A DNA stretch of 64,000 nt, taken from Dehalococcoidia bacterium (GTDB taxonomy: Bacteria > Chloroflexota > Dehalococcoidia > Lucifugimonadales > UBA2985). Under the pieces are notes generated by a model, which saw nothing but the letters and a program-made list of their open reading frames with translations, was not told the DNA's origin and did no database searches. Numbering within the stretch: the stretch's first letter is position 1; each line of letters begins with the position of its first letter. The stretch lies in contig OZ244716.1 in NCBI GenBank assembly GCA_965219025.1, positions 1,612,419-1,676,418 of the forward strand, given 5' to 3'. Made by a program: the position numbers and the translations under genes. Shown here piece by piece: positions 60,224 to 64,000 of this stretch.

Positions 60224-61201
60224 CTAGTCGTCCGGCGGGACCAGGGACTCCGGCTCCTCACCGCTCGCCACCCTGGACGTGTTGTACACGGCGAAAGCCC
60301 GGCTCCGCTCGTTCGACTCTATTGCGAAGGCGGCCAGGTGCGGAGTGATGAGCACGTTGTCGAACTGGAACAGCGGATTGTCCGGCGGCGTGGGCTCCTC
60401 CTCAGTGACGTCCAGCGCGGCAACGGCGATCTTCTTGTCGCGGATTGCGCGGAACAACGCCTCCTCGTCCACCACGGGGCCGCGGCAGGCGTTGACGAGC
60501 AGCGCGGTCGGCTTCATCATGTCGAACTCACGGTCGCTGATCATGTGGCGCGTGTTGCGGTTTAGGGGAACGTGCAGGGAGACGATGTCCGAGGTGGCGA
60601 GCAGGTCGTCCAGTGAGATGCGCGTGAGATGAAGCTCCTCCTCCAGCGCGGGGTCGATCTCGATGATGTCGCTGTAGACAAGCTCGACCTCCCAACCCTG
60701 CAGGCGCCTCGCGAGCCGTGCGCCGATCCGGCCGAGTCCCACGATGCCCACGGTCTTGCCGGCTATCTCGTACGCCTGCGACATCCAGTTGGCGCGGACG
60801 TCGCCGGCCCACCTGCCCTCCTTCGCGGAGTTGAACTGGAGCTGGAACTTTCGGAAGGCGCTTACCATGAGGGCTATGGTGTGCTCCGCCACGGCGATGG
60901 CGTTGCCGCCGCCGTTGTTGGCGACCCGAATGCCCAGCTCGCCCAAAGCCACCTTGTCGATCATGTTGGTGCCGGCGCTGACGGTCTGGACAAGTCGGAC
61001 GGAGGGGGTCAGCTGCGCAAGCTCGACGGGGTAGCGCGATGGCGTGGGTATCACGGCGACAATGCCGCGAAGGTCCTCGGCCTGCTTCTCCACGGGTTGG
61101 CTGGAGTCGACCCACACGATCTCCTCTCCACCGGCGCTCAATCTTTCGAAGTGCTCCATCTGGTCCTGATTGGGAGCGAGATATGCGATCCTGGCGGTCA
61201 T
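60224..61201 (-). CDS. D-isomer-specific 2-hydroxyacid dehydrogenase family protein
   Basis: Start trimmed to MTARIAYL (GGAGGTGGAC upstream). NAD site GIVGLGRIGARLARRL and a late catalytic His region (TPHLAAF). Confidence 0.85.
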   Translation of the reverse strand: MTARIAYLAPNQDQMEHFERLSAGGEEIVWVDSSQPVEKQAEDLRGIVAVIPTPSRYPVELAQLTPSVRLVQTVSAGTNMIDKVALGELGIRVANNGGGNAIAVAEHTIALMVSAFRKFQLQFNSAKEGRWAGDVRANWMSQAYEIAGKTVGIVGLGRIGARLARRLQGWEVELVYSDIIEIDPALEEELHLTRISLDDLLATSDIVSLHVPLNRNTRHMISDREFDMMKPTALLVNACRGPVVDEEALFRAIRDKKIAVAALDVTEEEPTPPDNPLFQFDNVLITPHLAAFAIESNERSRAFAVYNTSRVASGEEPESLVPPDD

Positions 61202-61389
61202 GTCCACCTCCTTGAGTCGATGCGGTGTGCTGCTGGGATCGGGCAGCATGATTATATGTTGCGAGCGTGGGTTGGGGCAAGGAATGGGGGAGGAAGCGTT
61301 TGGGCCGATGAATTCCGCACTCGACAGGAGTATACTGGCGCGAAGGCCGCCCACGGCTTGATGGCCGGGCCGGTCTGAATCGATTCCAC

Positions 61390-62739
61390 TTGGAGGGCGT
61401 CATCAGCGCCGACGGAGACCAGACTGCGGTTGACGCGAGCCGCTCTTCACCACGCTTGGGACCTCTGCGCGCCTTCTCTTATCCTCAGTTCCGCATCTTC
61501 TGGGCCGCCTCCCTGGTCTCCATCACGTCCTTCTTCATGACCATGATCGCCCGCGGGTGGCTCATACTGGACCTGACCGACTCCTCGTTCATGGTGACGG
61601 CCGTCAACGCTATCGGAATGGCGCCCATGCTGGCGTTCTCGGTTTTCGGCGGGGCCATCGCCGACCGTGCGAACCGCAAGCTGGTGCTGATAGTCAGCGA
61701 CATCTTCAACTTCGTCATGGTGTTGGCCCTGGCCGTCCTCATACTGGCGGACGTTGTCCAGGTGTGGCACGTGTTCGCTCTCACTGCGCTGCACGGCGTC
61801 GGATTCTCGCTTGGGATGCCGGCGAGAGCGGCGTCGGTCGGCAACCTTGTGGAGCGGAAGGATCTGGCGAGCGGCGTGGCCCTCTTCACCACGATATTCA
61901 GCGCCGCACAGCTGGTTGGACCGGCGCTGGCCGGCTACCTGCTGGCCGAGTTCAGCATGGGGTTCCCGTTTGCGGTGGCCTGCGTGGTGCTGATCCCCGC
62001 GCTGGTGTTGCTCCTGATGCTCAGGATGCCAGGGCTGCCGAGAGTGGAGGGCGCCCCACCGCAGCGTGTTTCCGTGCTTGGGAGCATTGGCCAGGGGCTG
62101 GGCTACGTGAGGAACAGCAAGGTTCTCATGGGGCTGATGTTGATGGGAACGGTTACGACTGTGTTCGCAATGCCGTACCAGACCCTTCTGCCCGTGTTTG
62201 CCAGGGACATCCTGGAGGCGGGCGAGAGCGGCCTGGGCTGGCTCGGCGCGATGGGAGGCGTGGGAGCCATCGCGGGGTCCTTCTCCGTTGCGGCGTTCAG
62301 CAGCCCCAGGCAGATGAAGCTGCTGATGCTCGTGGGAGGTGTGGGGCTGGGCGTATTCCTGGCCCTGTTCGCGATGTCCAAGGTATTTCTGCTTTCGCTG
62401 GTGCTGGTGCTGGTTGTTGGCTACCTCTTCCAGATCTTCATGACCAGCAACTTCACTCTGGTGCAGATTATCTCGCCCGACTACATAAGAGGCCGCGTGC
62501 TGAGCATACGGATGATAGCCGTGGGGATCGGCCCCGCAGGGATGGTGATGCTGGGGGCGGCCGCCGAGAGGTGGGGCGCCGACAAGGCTACCGCTGCGAT
62601 GGGCCTGGCCTCGACGGTGCTGCTGGTGATAGTCCTGTTGTCGATTTCGTCGGTGCGGCGCGTGGAACGGGAGTTGGGGGTTGAGCCGGCGGCCACGGCA
62701 CAGGCGCAGGCGGGGATCGCCGCGGAGGCCGCGGAGTGA
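61390..62739 (+). CDS. MFS transporter
   Basis: 449 aa with about 12 hydrophobic helices and a GGAIADRANRK loop motif between TM2 and TM3. TTG start. Confidence 0.85.
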   Translation: MEGVISADGDQTAVDASRSSPRLGPLRAFSYPQFRIFWAASLVSITSFFMTMIARGWLILDLTDSSFMVTAVNAIGMAPMLAFSVFGGAIADRANRKLVLIVSDIFNFVMVLALAVLILADVVQVWHVFALTALHGVGFSLGMPARAASVGNLVERKDLASGVALFTTIFSAAQLVGPALAGYLLAEFSMGFPFAVACVVLIPALVLLLMLRMPGLPRVEGAPPQRVSVLGSIGQGLGYVRNSKVLMGLMLMGTVTTVFAMPYQTLLPVFARDILEAGESGLGWLGAMGGVGAIAGSFSVAAFSSPRQMKLLMLVGGVGLGVFLALFAMSKVFLLSLVLVLVVGYLFQIFMTSNFTLVQIISPDYIRGRVLSIRMIAVGIGPAGMVMLGAAAERWGADKATAAMGLASTVLLVIVLLSISSVRRVERELGVEPAATAQAQAGIAAEAAE

Positions 62740-62773
62740 CGCCTGTGCGGCGTCCGCGTCCTGAGGCGCGGCG

Positions 62774-63757
62774 CTAGCCCGCAAACGTCTTGCGGTAGAG
62801 CGGATCGTAGAAGACCCCCTCGAAGCCGCAGGACTGGTACAGGCCCATTGCCGGCACGTTGAGCGGATGGGTGCTCACCACCGCTGCCTCGGCGCCAAGT
62901 GACCTCAAACGCCGCATCCCCTCGAGCATGGCCGCGCGAGTGAGACCACGCTGTCGAAAGTCCGGGTGGCAGCCCACCGGCTCGAACTCGCCCACGCGGT
63001 TCTCCGAGTCCAGCCAGCAGGTGCAACACGCTGCGAGGTCGCCGTTCGCCGCCTCCACCACGATGTCAAGCTCGCGGCGGTATCCCGGCAGCCTCATTAT
63101 GTTCCTGTAGATCCGCGTCCGCCGCTCGATTTCGGCGGTTTCTGCAGCCGGCGCCCTGCGGCCCGCCGGCCGGCCCGGCGTGTCGAAGTCCAGGTTCGCG
63201 AACGCCTCGCGTTGCACCATCGTGCGGGCTGTGGCCTCGTGCTCACCGGCCACCTCGCGCGCCACGAAGCCCTCCGGCGAAGCGCTCGGCTCCAGCGCGT
63301 CGAGCGACCGCCAGAAGAGCGGCACGCCTTTTACGCTGTCGTCGTGCCGGAATCCCCTCGCCTCCAGAAGCGCCTGCCAGTGCGGGTTTTCGTAGCTGCC
63401 GGTCTCCAGCGTGGACACGCCTCCCTCAGGAGCGGCCTGTAGCCGGTGCGTCTCCTCGAGCCACACCAGCATCTCTTCCTCGATGCCCCGGCGGCGGTGG
63501 TCGGCGTGAACGAGCACGTCGCCGGAGTCCGGGCCGTCCAGCCACGCGAACCCCACTACCGTGCCGTCGTCGCCAGTCCACAGCCGGATCGAGGGGTGCG
63601 GTATGTCCGGCGTCTCCTCGCGGCCGAGGCCCACGAACCACCACACGTCGCCGACGTGGAAGCGGTTGCGAGGCCAGTCGTGCTTCCAGGAAGTGGAGAC
63701 CAAGCTAAGCATGGAATCCAGGTCCGAGAGGCCCGAGTATTCGTGAGATGTGTACAT
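62774..63757 (-). CDS. GNAT family N-acetyltransferase (two-domain)
   Basis: 327 aa with acetyl-CoA-binding-type blocks HADHRRRGIEEEM and HPDFRQRGLTRAAM in two successive GNAT-like halves. Confidence 0.75.
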   Translation of the reverse strand: MYTSHEYSGLSDLDSMLSLVSTSWKHDWPRNRFHVGDVWWFVGLGREETPDIPHPSIRLWTGDDGTVVGFAWLDGPDSGDVLVHADHRRRGIEEEMLVWLEETHRLQAAPEGGVSTLETGSYENPHWQALLEARGFRHDDSVKGVPLFWRSLDALEPSASPEGFVAREVAGEHEATARTMVQREAFANLDFDTPGRPAGRRAPAAETAEIERRTRIYRNIMRLPGYRRELDIVVEAANGDLAACCTCWLDSENRVGEFEPVGCHPDFRQRGLTRAAMLEGMRRLRSLGAEAAVVSTHPLNVPAMGLYQSCGFEGVFYDPLYRKTFAG

Positions 63758-63774
63758 GAATTGTGCCAGCCTCG

Positions 63775-64000
63775 CTAGTTGTAGTGGTTCATTGCCCGCT
63801 CCAGGCCGTGGGAGATGACGTCAAGCGCAGCGTCCTCGGCCGCGGACAGGGCGTCCCGGACCGCGGTTCGCTCATCCTTAGTGAAGTCGCCGAGCACGTG
63901 CTCCACGCCGCCTTCGTCCGGCGATGGGCGGCCGATTCCGATCCGCATCCGCGGCACCTCCTGGCTGCCAAGCGTATCGATTATCGACTGCATTCCGCGA
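63775..64000 (-). CDS. pth: peptidyl-tRNA hydrolase (C-terminal part; gene runs off the window)
   Basis: PRMRIGIGRP...VLGDFTKDE is the conserved C-terminal Pth region. The ORF is open to the window end. Confidence 0.8.
   Translation of the reverse strand, partial: RGMQSIIDTLGSQEVPRMRIGIGRPSPDEGGVEHVLGDFTKDERTAVRDALSAAEDAALDVISHGLERAMNHYN

Noticed and set aside
61447-62784. 445-aa ORF antisense to the MFS transporter, and 60528-61403 antisense or out-of-frame to the dehydrogenase
   Set aside because: The translations are His/Arg/Gly/Gln-rich low complexity. The opposite-strand genes have clear family features.

Overview
High-GC bacterial chromosomal segment. Hand counts on sample 60-nt lines give about 65-72% G+C in the core genes. 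All calls come from reading the supplied ORF translations and the DNA by eye; no searches were run. Most of the window is housekeeping. It contains metF, a Na+-decarboxylase beta/gamma pair, recO, recR-ybaB-dnaX, ybeY, trpS, gatC-gatA, an lpd-E1alpha-E1beta-E2 2-oxoacid dehydrogenase operon and a ferredoxin-type sulfite/nitrite reductase. It also contains gyrA and gyrB, trpE, nth, argC, tRNA-Gly(TCC), tRNA-Glu(TTC) and a partial pth. The gene content includes GatCA, a sortase, lipoproteins with Pro/Thr-rich tethers, family-5 ABC binding proteins and a T-box on trpE. This suggests a monoderm, possibly Chloroflexota-like organism, but that is inference only. Several stretches have visibly lower GC (about 48-55% on sampled lines) and look accessory. 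(1) A Type III restriction-modification pair lies at 28.2-32.4 kb. (2) A tightly coupled three-gene cassette at 39.9-41.2 kb ends in a HEPN-like protein, and its first two genes match nothing I recognise; this is my best candidate for an undescribed system. (3) An ISNCY-like IS element sits next to a PIN-toxin gene that is coupled to an atypically large 273-aa partner (55.0-57.8 kb), wedged between the trpE promoter and tRNA-Gly. (4) A PD40 beta-propeller gene lies at 9.8-11.2 kb. Other notable items are listed here. A clear T-box leader with a UGG specifier precedes trpE. An orphan Dam-like methylase is embedded in the gatCA-lrp operon. A tandem duplication of an SBP-CRTAC1 gene pair carries a decayed relic. 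There is a divergent 761-aa PEPCK(ATP)-like protein and a double-length tandem ThyX-like protein. The sulfite reductase leader contains a terminator-like hairpin. A family of short GC-rich intergenic repeats occurs at five sites. The many long ORFs antisense to recognised genes are treated as high-GC shadow ORFs.
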